NCBI GenBank assembly: GCA_002269645.1
Contig: NIVC01001694.1
Span: 89,840 to 153,839 of the forward strand
DNA: 64,000 nt
Reading direction: 5' to 3'
Origin: Macrostomum lignano
Lineage: Eukaryota
The notes under the pieces are model-generated. The model made no database searches, was not told the DNA's origin, and saw only the letters and a program-made list of their open reading frames with translations. Position numbers and translations under genes: made by a program. Shown here piece after piece: positions 38,328 to 58,819 of the stretch (positions are counted from its first letter, which is position 1; each line of letters starts with the position of its first letter).

Positions 38328-41039
38328 CTCTGTAGCTGGCGCCCCCTCTGTAGCTGGCGCTCCCTCTGTAGCTAGCGCTCCCTCTGTAGCTGGCGCCCCT
38401 CATCTGTAGCTGGCGCCCCTCTGTAGCCGGCGCCCCCTCTGTAGCTGGCGCTCCCTCTGTAGCTGGCGCCGCCTCTGTAGCTGGCGCCCCTCTGTAGGTG
38501 GCGCTCCCTTTGTAACTGGCGCCCCCTCTGTACCTGGCGCCCCCCTCTGTAGCTGGCGCCCCCTCTGTAGCTGGCGCCCTCCATCTGTAGCTGGCGCCCC
38601 TCTGTAGCCGGCGCCCCCTCTGTAGGTGGCGCCCCCTCTGTAGTTGGCGCCCCCTCTGTAGCTGGCGCCCCCCTCTGTAGATGGCGCCCCCCCCCCTTGT
38701 AGCTTGCGCCCCTCTGTAGCTGGCGCCCTTCTCTGTAGCTGGCGCCCCCCTCTGTAGCTGGCGCCCCCTCTGTAGTTGGCGCCCCCCTCTGTAGCTGGCG
38801 CCCCTATGTAGCTGGCGCCTCTCTGTAGCTGGCGCCCCTTTGTAGCTGGCGCCCCTCTGTAGCTGGCGCCCCCTCTGTAGCTGGCGCCCCCTCTGTAGCT
38901 GGCGCCCCTTTGTAGCTGGCGCCCCCTCTGTAGCTGGCGCCTTTTTGTAGCTGGCGCCCCCTCTGTAGCTGGCGCCCCCTCTGTAGCTGGCGCCCCTCTG
39001 TAGCTGGCGCCCCTCTGTAGCTGGCGCCCCTCTGTAGCTGGCGCCCCTCTGTAGCTGGCGCCCCTCTGTAGCTGGCGCCCCTCTGTAGCTTGCGCCCCTC
39101 TGTAGCTGGCGCCTTTCTCTGTAGCTTGCGCCCCTCTGTAGCTGGCGCCCCTCTGTAGCTGGCGCCCCTCTGTAGTTGGCACCCCCTCTGTAGCTGGCGC
39201 CCCCTCTGTAGTTGGCGCCCCCCTCTGTAGCTGGCGCCCCTATGTAGCTGGCGCCCCTCTGTAGCTGGCGCCTTTTTGTAGCTGGCGCCCCTCTGTAGCT
39301 GGCGCCCCCTCTGTAGCTGGCGCCCCCTCTGTAGCTGGCGCCCCTTTGTAGCTGGCGCCCCCTCTGTAGCTGGCGCCTTTTTGTAGCTGGCGCCCCTCTG
39401 TAGCTGGCGCCCCTCTGTAGCTGGCGCCCCTCTGTAGCTGGCGCCCCTATGTAGCTGGCGCCCCTCTGTAGCTGGCGCCCCTTTGTAGCTGGCGCCCCCT
39501 CTGTAGCTGGCGCCTTTTTGTAGCTGGCGCCCCCTCTGTAGCTTGCGCCCCCTCTGTAGCTGGCGCCCCTCTGTAGCTGGCGCCCCTCTGTAGCTGGCGC
39601 TCCTCTGTAGCTGGCGCCCCTCTGTAGCTGGCGCCCCCTCTGTAGCTGGCGCCCCCTCTGTAGCTGGCGCCCCTTTGTAGCTGGCGCCCCCTCTGTAGCT
39701 GGCGCCTTTTTGTAGCTGGCGCCCCCTCTGTAGCTGGCGCCCCCTCTGTAGCTGGCGCCCCTCTGTAGCTGGCGCCCCTCTGTAGCTGGCGCCCCTCTGT
39801 AGCTGGCGCCCCTATGTAGCTGGCGCCCCTCTGTAGCTGGCGCCCCTTTGTAGCTGGCGCCCCTCTGTAGCTGGCGCCCCCTCTGTAGCTGGCGCCCCCT
39901 CTGTAGCTGGCGCCCCTTTGTAGCTGGCGCCCCCTCTGTAGCTGGCGCCTTTTTGTAGCTGGCGCCGCCTCTGTAGCTGGCGCCCCCTCTGTAGCTGGCG
40001 CCCCCTCTGTAGCTGGCGCCCCTCTGTAGCTGGCGCCCCTCTGTAGCTGGCGCCCCTTTGTAGCTGGCGCCCCTCTGTAGCTGGCGCCCCTCTGTAGCTG
40101 GCGCCCCTCTGTAGCTGGCGCCTCTCTGTAGCTGGCGCCCCTTTGTAGCTGGCGCCCCCTCTGTAGCTGGCGCCTTTTTGTAGCTGGCGCCCCCTCTGTA
40201 GCTTGCGCCCCCTCTGTAGCTGGCGCCCCTCTGTAGCTGGCGCCCCTCTGTAGCTGGCGCCCCTTTGTAGCTGGCGCCCCTCTGTAGCTGGCGCCCCTAT
40301 GTAGCTGGCGCCCCTCTGTAGCTGGCGCCCCTTTGTAGCTGGCGCCCCTATGTAGCTGGCGCCCCTATGTAGCTGGCGCCCCTCTGTAGCTGGCGCCCCC
40401 TCTGTAGCTGGCGCCCCCCTCTGTAGCTGGCGCCCCCTCTGTAGCTGGCGCCCCCTCTGTAGCTGGCGCCCCCCTCTGTAGCTGGCGCCCCCTCTGTAGC
40501 TGGCGCCCCCCTCTGTAGCTGGCGCCCCCCTCTGTAGCTGGCGCCCCCTCTGTAGCTGGCGCCCCTCTGTAGCTGGCGCTCCCTCTGTAGCTGGCGCCCC
40601 TCTCTGTAGCTGGCGCCCCCTCTGTAGCTGGCGCCCCCTCTGTAGCTGGCGCCCCCCTCTCTAGCTGGCGCCCCTCTGTAGCTGGCGCCCCCTCTGTAGC
40701 TGGCGCCCCCTCTGTAGCTGGCGCCCCTCTGTAGCTTGCGCCCCTCTGTAGCTGGCGCCCCTCTGTAGCTGGCGCCCCCCTCTGTAGCTGGCGCCCCTCT
40801 GTAGCTTGCGCCCCCTCTGTAGCTGGCGCCCCCTCTGTAGCTGGCGCCCCCCTCGGTAGCTGGCGCCCCTCTGTAGCTGGCGCCCCCCTCTGTAGCTGGC
40901 GCCCCTCTGTAGCTGGCGCCCCCTCTGTAGCTGGCGCCCCCCTCGGTAGCTGGCGCCCCCTCTGTAGCTGGCGCCCCCTCTGTAGCTGGCGCCCCTCTGT
41001 AGCTGGCGCCCCCTCTGTAGCTGGCGCCTCTCTGTAGCT
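38328..41039. repeat. 17-20 bp minisatellite (CTGTAGCTGGCGCCCCT)n, expanded copy in unit 2 (2.7 kb)
   Basis: Direct reading. Confidence 0.97.
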
Positions 41040-41671
41040 TAAATGTAGTCTATGGTATTAAAGGGATTGATTAAAGTGACAGCACGGCTAAAATGGTATG
41101 GACTCGAATTCCAAATGATAGCAAGTGCGTGTTTTGTCCGAGCTGAGCTCAAAAGTTTTTTGAGAGACAGATGGAGCAGCTGGGTGCCCTTGCGAGTGCA
41201 GCTTGCTTCGACATCAGTTGTTCACAGAAAGCTCATCGTACTAAACTACTAAGGGAATGGAATACTGAATACTTTTCTGTTAAAATTCCTAAATCTAGAC
41301 ATCTAGTTTTGAACTCCATGGCTGCCGGCACAATTTATGCGAATATAGCTTATGGTGCGACTCGTTCGGGGACCCAACAGGGCTTGTATGGCCTTTTCCT
41401 GGTCTTTCTATTCGCACATTAGCTGGCTTATTTCTGTAATGCTTGTAGCGAACCAATTCTCCATTCACCCTGACTGACCGTTTGGTAGGCAATTAACTCA
41501 AGGCGGCTGTTTCTTGGGGGGGGGGGGGCAAATCCTGTACCCTCTGAGTCCTGAGAGGCTGGGGGCTGTTGTTGACTCTGGAGATGAGGACTGCAGCGAT
41601 CCAGTGATTGGGTGTTGGGTGCGGCTCTGCTTGAAGCCTTGCTGATAGCCTGGCGCTGATGAGATAGTCGG

Positions 41672-43057
41672 ATAAGGGATGAGATACTGGTGAGACAGGG
41701 ATGAGATACTAGCGAGATTGGGATGAGATACTGGCGAGATAGGGATGAGATACTGGTGAGATTGAGATGAGATACTGGCGAGATAGGGATGAGATACTGG
41801 TGAGATAGGGATGAGATACTGGCGAGATAGGGATGAGATACTAGCGAGATCGGGATGAGATACTAGCGAGATAGGGATGAGACACGTGCGAGATAGGGAT
41901 AAGATACTAGCGAGATAGGGATGAGATACTGGTGAAACAGGGATGAGATACTAGCGAGATGAGGATGAGATACTAGTGAGATCGGGATGAGATACTGGCG
42001 AGATAGGGATGAGATACTAGCGAGATAGGGATGAGATACTGGTGAGATAAGGATGAGACACGTGCGAGATAGGGATGAGATACTGGAGAGATAAGGATGA
42101 GACACGTGCGAGATAGGGATGAGATACTGGCGAGATAGGGATGAGATACTGGTGAGATAGGGATGAGATACTAGCGAGATAGGGATGAGATACTGGCGAG
42201 ATAGGGATGAGATACTGGCGAGATAGGGATGAGATACTGGCGAGATAGGGATGAGATGCTGGTGAGACAGGGATGAGATACTAGCGAGATTGAGATGAGA
42301 TACTAGCGAGATCGGGATGATATACTGGTGAGACAGGGATGAGATACTGGCGAGATGGGAATGAGATACTGGCGAGATAGGGATGAGATACTGGCGAGAT
42401 AGGGATGATATACTGGCGAGATGGGGATGAGACACGTGCGAGATAGGTATGAGATACTGGTGAGACAGGGATGAGATACTGGCGAGATGGGAATGAGATA
42501 CTGGCGAGATAGGGATGAGATACTGGCGAGATAGGGATGATATACTGGCGAGATGGGGATGAGACACGTGCGAGATAGGTATGAGATACTGGTGAGACAG
42601 GGATGAGATACTGGCGAGATGGGAATGAGATACTGGCGAGATAGGGATGAGATACTGGCGAGATAGGGATGAGATACTGGCGAGATAGGGATGAGATACT
42701 GGCGAGATAGGGATGAGATACTGGAGAGATAGGGATGAGACACATGCGAGATGGGGATGAGACACGTGCGAGATGGGGATGAGATACTGGCGAGATAGGG
42801 ATGAGATACTGGCGAGACGGGAATGAGATACTGGTGAGATCGGGATGAGATACTAGCGAGATCGGGATGAGATACTAGCGAGATCGGGATGAGATACTAG
42901 CGAGATCGGGATGAGATACTAGCGAGATCGGGATGATATACTGGAGATAAGGATGAGACACGTGCGAGATAGGGATGAGATACTGGCGAGATAGGGATGA
43001 GATACTGGTGAGATAGGGATGAGATACTGGCGAGATAGGGATGAGATACTGGCGAGA
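41672..43057. repeat. 22-bp minisatellite (GAGATACTGGCGAGATAGGGAT)n, unit 2 and beyond
   Basis: Direct reading. Confidence 0.96.
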
Positions 43058-43769
43058 TCGGCTGTTCCTGTCTCTGTAGACGCAGTTTCCTTGACCGAAG
43101 TTGTCTTCGGCGGACCCCAATTCAGTTCTGTGCAAGAAAAAAACAAATCGATCATTTGCGAAATTCTTACAGTGCATTGCTGTGCCAAGAATTATTTGTG
43201 CTTGAACTTGCGCGCGAACCCCAGTTCTCAACTGACAGTTGTGTCTGTCATAAAAGTGCTTTTTATTTACCTTAGATGTGTAGCAATAAAGTGCAATTAG
43301 TAGCTAGGATAGAATTAAACAGCAAGAATTAAGATAAGAGTTATAGTTCACTGTGCACTGATTCAATAAATATAAAAATTTATGCTAAAACATTCATGCA
43401 TTGCTGCCAATAATTTGATTTTATTCTATGTAATGATTTTAAAATATTTTCTAACTATAACTTCTAACTATACAAGTAGAGAAACAAATAAATTTTTTTT
43501 TCTGTTTTTTCCAAACTTAAGCCGTAGATACTCGTTCAGACTACTGACAGAAAAGTAGCTTGAACGAATATTAACACCGAAACGTCAGTGAACTGTCTAG
43601 GGTTTTAGCAACATGAGCAACATTATAAAGCATTACGCAACATTACTAGGGTAATAAAATACTAGGAAACCTACAGAAAAAGAGCGACAAAACTGTAACG
43701 TAAAATAAATTTTTGCGCTTATTAAACTTGAGTTTTTTTAAAAACCAAGCCATCAAGCAACATTAAGTT

Positions 43770-51799
<8,030 letters not shown>

Positions 51800-52926
51800 T
51801 GTCTAAATTGCACTGATGAATAACGCGAAGCAAGGATCAACTTACAAACAGGATTTTCAAGTGTCCAGCATTTATAAGCCTCTGTAACCATGGAAACCGT
51901 GCTCATTAGTCCTAAGCTAGCTAAGGAAACTAGGAACTCGGCAAAGATCTCCCTAATTGTTTATTTCTTTCAACTTTCCTTGAGGTTAGAGATTCGCGGT
52001 TGTTAGCAAAGCGACCGAGCGAATGTACGAGGTGACAGTTTGGAAAACTGCCTACCAGTTTAGCAACTAATGATCGAGAAATTCGTTGGACTGATAGTGG
52101 GGATCATTAGTTTTTCTTCTTTTGTACCCCGATTACTCATGCATGCCCCGCCTCCGCAATTAGCGATCCGGAATTTCGATCTTGCGGGTTGTTTCTTTCT
52201 CGAATACTCACGTGACTCGGTAAGGCCGGTGCATGTCATGTGATGATCAAACTTTATTGTTTGAGATGCGTCTTTCTATCTGTTTTGGAGCTGAAAGTAC
52301 ATATCTTCATAAACAAACTACTTGCCTAAATTTTGCAGGGTGAATTTGAGATTTGAGATATGAGATTGATCCGCTGATCTATGGCGGTGCGTGACTATTG
52401 AACTGATTGTGAATTCTAGTTTGAAATTCACCAAAAAAACTTGAATATGAAGATTACGGAATTAAACGTTAGCTATCTACGTAGTACACGTACGTAGTTG
52501 TCTTCTGCTAAAACTGTTCTCTTTTTGTCGTAGCGATCCTGTGCGAGCAACTTCAGCTTTATGGCTTTCTACCATAGACAGTTTTAACAGGCTGGCAGGA
52601 TTTCAACGCCTGGTTGATTCGCTTTCACATCATGTTTTTTTCACCCTGTCATTGTTTCCTGTTAGAACTGTAACATAATTTGGTGCATATGGTTGCAGTT
52701 AGTATGAAATAATCAGGTAGGCTAGCACAAAACTTAAAGAGTGCTTCATCTACTACACCAAGGTACGCGGTCCAGAGTCTGTTGGATCAATTGCGCATAT
52801 ATTTTGACCGGCAAGAAAAACTTTTTTTAGTCAAAATCCGACTTCTAATTTTGTAAGTTTTGTACGAAGAGAGCGCGACAGTAAAAAACGAAAAAATGCC
52901 AGTTTTGAGATAACAATAAGCCAGTG

Positions 52927-55900
52927 TCATGGCAGCCGAGATGGCACATCCCGGCTCTCCTTCTCGTTCTGACTGAGCGTCTTCGTCTCGTCCAGAATGA
53001 GCTTCGGCCGCCCGACAGCGTACCGGAACGTCTGGCCGAAGACGCACGAGTAGCGGAAGTCGATCTCCTGCCGAGTGAACCGTTTGATGTGCAGAGCCTC
53101 GTCCTGCGCCTTCTTGACCGTGTCAGACTTGCTGCTGTCAACCGTCTCCTCCTCGGCCTGGGTCACCTCCACCATGCGCTCCGTCTGCCTGGCGAACATG
53201 ATGATGGACCCGGCGTTGCCCATCGCCGAGGTGCAGGACATGCCCTCGCCGCCCTCGCCAGTCATGATTCGCATGGACATCAGGCGCTTCCGCTGCACCA
53301 GGAATTCGCCAATTTCGTCCAGCGTGGCCGGTCGATCCTCGTTAACGGCGTCGCGCCGGCGCCAAAATCCCGGCGAGAACATGTCGGAGATCTGCGGAAT
53401 TGAGTACACCTTGGTGAGCACCAGCGGCGCCTTCTTCATCACGCGCATCACGCTTGTGGACTGCAGGCCGGGCACACAGTTGGCTAAGCAGGTCAGGCCG
53501 AAGAACGTGTCGTAGAAGCTGTAGCTGAGCAGCGGCTCGATGAACTCGCTGCTGGACAGAACGTCGATTAAAATTCGACAGATCCGATCGATAATGATGC
53601 TGGGAAAGTTTTTCAAAATGCAGTTCTGCATCACGCCGAACAGCAGCGAGACGCAGTTGAGAATGTCGAACCGGTGAAACCAGCAGCTCATGTGCGGCTT
53701 CGCGGCGATGTCCGACCACATCTGCTCGCGCAGCACAACTTTTTTAGCCTTCTCCGAGTCCTGATCGGCCTCGAGATCTTCTGGCACCTGCATGTTGACA
53801 ATGTCGTAGATTTGAAACAGCAGAGGATCTTTGTGCCACGAAGCTTCGATGCAGCGCGGATTGCAGCTGAAATAGCGGTTCTTCAGAAATGTCTCAGTCA
53901 CGGACAGAATCTGGCTCAGGGTTGTCAGGTGCTCGTAGTCGTAATAGTACGTGTACATGAGGAACCGGCGAGCAGCCGACACTGCGTGAGGAATCACAGG
54001 TCTAGCGGGCTTGTTCTCGAACACCTTCACGTAGTCGCTGGGCAGCGAGGGCTCCTTGTCGTGTAGAAGCTTCCGACCGGCGTACATGCCATGGTTGTTG
54101 GCGTCGTGGTAATTCTCCGGCGTTAGTTTCTTCAATTCAAAGTACTCCAGCATCACCTGGCCCATCTCTTTGAGTTCAAATAGTTTGAATTGTGGCGAAT
54201 GAGCGTCGACCATTTCTTGGGTGATTCGAGAGAGTTGCAGATTTGGTTTGCGTTTGATCACGTTGCGGCAGATGTCCACCCAGTCGAGGAATGGCGTGAT
54301 GTACTGGTAGTAGCGCCGTCTGCCAGGTGTGAAAGCAAATGAAAAAGCGAGTGGAAAAATTCAGCGTCTCTTCAGGATGAGAAATCTGAGTATTCAGGAT
54401 GAGAAATCTAAGTATTCAGGATGAGAAATCTGAGTATCCAGGATGAGAAATCTGAGTATTCAGGATGAGAAATCTGAGTATTCAATATGAGAAATCTGAT
54501 ACTTCAGGATGAGAAATCTGAGTATTCAGAATGAGAAATCTGAGTATTCAGGATGAGAAATCTGATTATTCAGGATGAGAAATCTGAGTATTGAGGATGA
54601 GAAATCTAATTATTCAGGATGAGAAATCTGAGTATTCAGGATGAGAAATCTGAGTATTCAATATGAGAAATCTGATACTTCAGGATGAGAAATCTGAGTA
54701 TTCAGAATGAGAAATCTGAGTATTCAGGATGAGAAATCTGAGTATTCAATATGAGAAATCTGAGTATTCAGGATGAGAAATCTGAGTATTCAGGATGAGA
54801 AATCTGAGTATCCAGGATGAGAAATCTAAGTATTCAGGATGAGAAATCTAAGTATTCAGGATGAGAAATCTAAGTATTCAATATGAGAAATCTGAGTATT
54901 CAGTATGAGAAATCTGAGCATTCAGGATGAGAAATCTGAGTATTCAGGATGAGAAACTTTCTCTTAAGAACAAGAGCTACAGTCTTTAGAAAGACAACTC
55001 AAGTCTTCCAGTGTAAGATGTGGTCTGCAGGGAAGATAACGACGAGACAGGACCGCAATTTCCCCTGTCTCACCGGTACACCAGCTTGGAAGAGTCGCCG
55101 GGGCACCACTTGATGGCCAGCAGGTGACGAATCGCTCCGTACGCCTCCCGCTTCAAAATGATGTAATCAAAGTGGAACACGAGAACGTCTCCGCTTGAAG
55201 TGTCGTTGACGAAAGCGGCATAGTTGTTCTGGTTGTAGTAGATCATGGGCTTGCGATACTTCTGCTGTTTGGCGATAATCTTCAGCGCGTTGTAATAGCG
55301 CAGGTAGATGGCGATGCCAAACGGGTTGAGAAATAGCAGAACCTTGGCTGAGGATTAGGGGATAAAAGGACTGAATAATCCCAATTGTTTAGTGATGCTT
55401 CTTGTCCTCTATCAATCGTCTACGGTCTAGCGCAGCTGCTCTGGTGTGCCAGCGACCCGGGCTCGATTCCAAGTGCAGTCACATTAATTTGGGGCTGAAT
55501 TGGAATCTCGGCTTGGCTCTGCTCGTGCAATTAACGGCCTTGAGAGCCAACCCCCCAAGGCGCAGTGAAGTGTACATGCCTAACGATAATATAAAGTTAG
55601 GGCCGCTGTACACTCCTGTGTGAGTGTGTGCCTGCGTACGTATCCGCGCGCTTGTGTGCCTGCTCAGGGGAGTCGGCAGAATGGGCAGCAATTCCTCTCG
55701 CCGGTTGTGTGCCTATGTCGCTTAAAGTGCGCCAGGGTGCACACAACCCCCCTGCCTCTAATAAAAAAAATCGTCTACTCATTCGTCTAATTATTTTTGT
55801 GTGTGGTTTTCTAATCGTCAGGGATGTACACTCTGTGCCTTGGGGGTTGGTCCTCATGGCTGTGACGTGTTTGCCACTCAGTTGCTCCACTGCTCCATCT

Positions 55901-56335
55901 ACCAAATTCCATGTGTACTCATTTATCCACTTCTTGACACAAAGAGTTGAACAGCTCACAGTTAAACATAGGCCGCTCCAGCAGGTTGCCTTTGAGATAC
56001 TTGGACGGCTGGTCCAGCAGCTGGTAGTACTGGTCGGTCTCAAACATGATTCTCGTGCGTCCCTGTTTCAGCATCCGCATCAGCCGGAAATCCGACGTGT
56101 CGCCCATCACGTTCAGAAGCCACTTGGTGTTGCAGTGGTTCGCACCGAAGAAGCCTTCGGGCACGCCGATGGCGTACTTGTTGTCCCAGCCTTGGTGCAT
56201 AATTTTCGGCATGTTCAGAAAGTTCCTGGGACACTCGTCTCTGTTAGTGTTCACTGTAGTCTCCTGACCAACAATCTCTTTGCTGCACTTCCACTGGGTG
56301 TCCATGATGGCACCCATTTCCGAGTTTCTGGACAT
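52927..56335 (-). CDS. Orphan protein-coding gene, join(55960..56335,55074..55347,52927..54319), ~680 aa, no recognised domain
   Basis: Three GC3-rich exons. Introns are GT-AG (T|GTGAGC...CTCAG phase 1; CG|GTGAGA...GGCAG phase 2) and join into one open frame. The middle exon (SKVLLFLNPFGIAIYLRYYN...SSKLVYR) is absent from the ORF track. The start could lie further upstream. Confidence 0.8.
54372..54957. repeat. 22-bp minisatellite (TTCAGGATGAGAAATCTGAGTA)n in orphan-gene intron 2
   Basis: About 27 copies. Confidence 0.95.
55421..55770 (+). mobile_element. SINE family B, second and longer copy (orphan-gene intron 1)
   Basis: Aligns with 49577-49821 and has an extra ~120-bp internal segment before CCTGCCTCTAATAAAAAAAA. 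Confidence 0.78.
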
Positions 56336-56664
56336 ATTGATCGATTTGATGCAGGGTGGATTCTGGACTAATGCAGAGTTGCTAGCAGAGTTTGACGCTT
56401 CTCTTGAACTCAAATTCTGATTTCACTTCTCGAGATGGTAATGTTTTTTTGTCAACCAGCGGCTGAGACTGTACAAGCTACTAGCAAATTTGAGACTTGA
56501 ACTTTCAGAGCTGCCGCTTTACAAATAGGGATTTTGGGCCATAGAAATATTGCTCGTAGAATGTGGCCACGACTGCCATGCTTAGAGCGTTCTTAGTGCT
56601 CAAAATAATAGGAAGATTGAGTTTGACGACTGCATTTCCATGGAGGTTCCATTTTCTAACTACA

Positions 56665-58066
<1,402 letters not shown>

Positions 58067-58819
58067 ATGGCGACGAGCTCCGCGCTGGGTGGAATTCCAA
58101 TACTAACTGCCAATACTAACATTGAGGTCTGGCTGGAACGGCTCGACCATTACTTTACCTGCAAGGAGGTAAAGGAAGAAGCTAATGTGGCCACACTCGT
58201 CACTGCCATCGGTGAGGAGGCATATACCGTATTGAGAAACCTGTGTCTACCTGCCAAGGTCTCCGACAAGTCTCTGGCCCAGTTGACCAAGATTCTGGAG
58301 GACCACTACGCTCCAAAGCCGTCCGAGTTGGCAGCCAGATTTCGGTTCCAAAGACGCCTGCAGCAGCCTGGCGAGAGCCTTGCCGAGTTCGTTGCCAGCC
58401 TGAAGGCCTTGTCAAGTCACTGCAATTTCAGTGCTTCCCCGTGTGAGCACTGTCACTTCGGCGGCACTCTAGATGAGCGACTGCGAGACCAGCTGGTTTT
58501 CGGCCTGCACAGCGATGCCTACCGAGCGAAGCTGCTGGAGGAGAAAAATCCCACCTTCAACTCGCTGCAGGAGAGAGTTCTATCCCTCGAGGCAGTGGAG
58601 CGGTCATCATCGGAGATGGCGCAGAAGTCAGCAGCACAAGTAGCCCAGCTGCGCGCTCACCAGCTGAATAAGCGCCAAGGACCCAAGCCAGCGCTCGAAG
58701 GTTCGCAGCAGCGCAAGGGCGGTGGCAATCAACAGCAGAAGCGGAGTCGGCAGCAGCGGCAACACCGGCAGTGGCACCTGTGCAAGCTGCGGCGGTGCTC
58801 ACAGTCGCCAGCAGTGTAA
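58067..58819 (+). CDS. gag: Gag (capsid part) of the Gypsy element
   Basis: WLERLDHYF...LRNLCLP...RFRFQRRLQQPGESLAEFVASLKALSSHCNF...LDERLRDQLVFGL. Confidence 0.9.
   Translation: MATSSALGGIPILTANTNIEVWLERLDHYFTCKEVKEEANVATLVTAIGEEAYTVLRNLCLPAKVSDKSLAQLTKILEDHYAPKPSELAARFRFQRRLQQPGESLAEFVASLKALSSHCNFSASPCEHCHFGGTLDERLRDQLVFGLHSDAYRAKLLEEKNPTFNSLQERVLSLEAVERSSSEMAQKSAAQVAQLRAHQLNKRQGPKPALEGSQQRKGGGNQQQKRSRQQRQHRQWHLCKLRRCSQSPAV

Larger units (their letters stand above)
36056..42410. repeat. Tandem segmental duplication: unit 1 36056-38292, unit 2 38293-~42410
   Basis: The shared start GAGTTTTACAGCTTATTGACACTGAG is at 36056 and 38293. A ~640-bp unique block at 36750-37390 recurs at 41038-41680, giving identical small ORFs offset by 4287-4288 bp. 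Confidence 0.92.

Noticed and set aside
43540-43600. CTGACAGA...CGAAACGTCAGT resembling a minimal type I hammerhead ribozyme
   Set aside because: The core has an extra base versus CUGANGA, and stems I and II do not pair. At most a decayed relic; Infernal would be needed.
52845-54066. Overlapping alternative-frame and antisense ORFs over the orphan gene (similarly over pol, ARL, MRLC and sGC exons)
   Set aside because: Shadow ORFs caused by high GC3 codon bias in the true frame.
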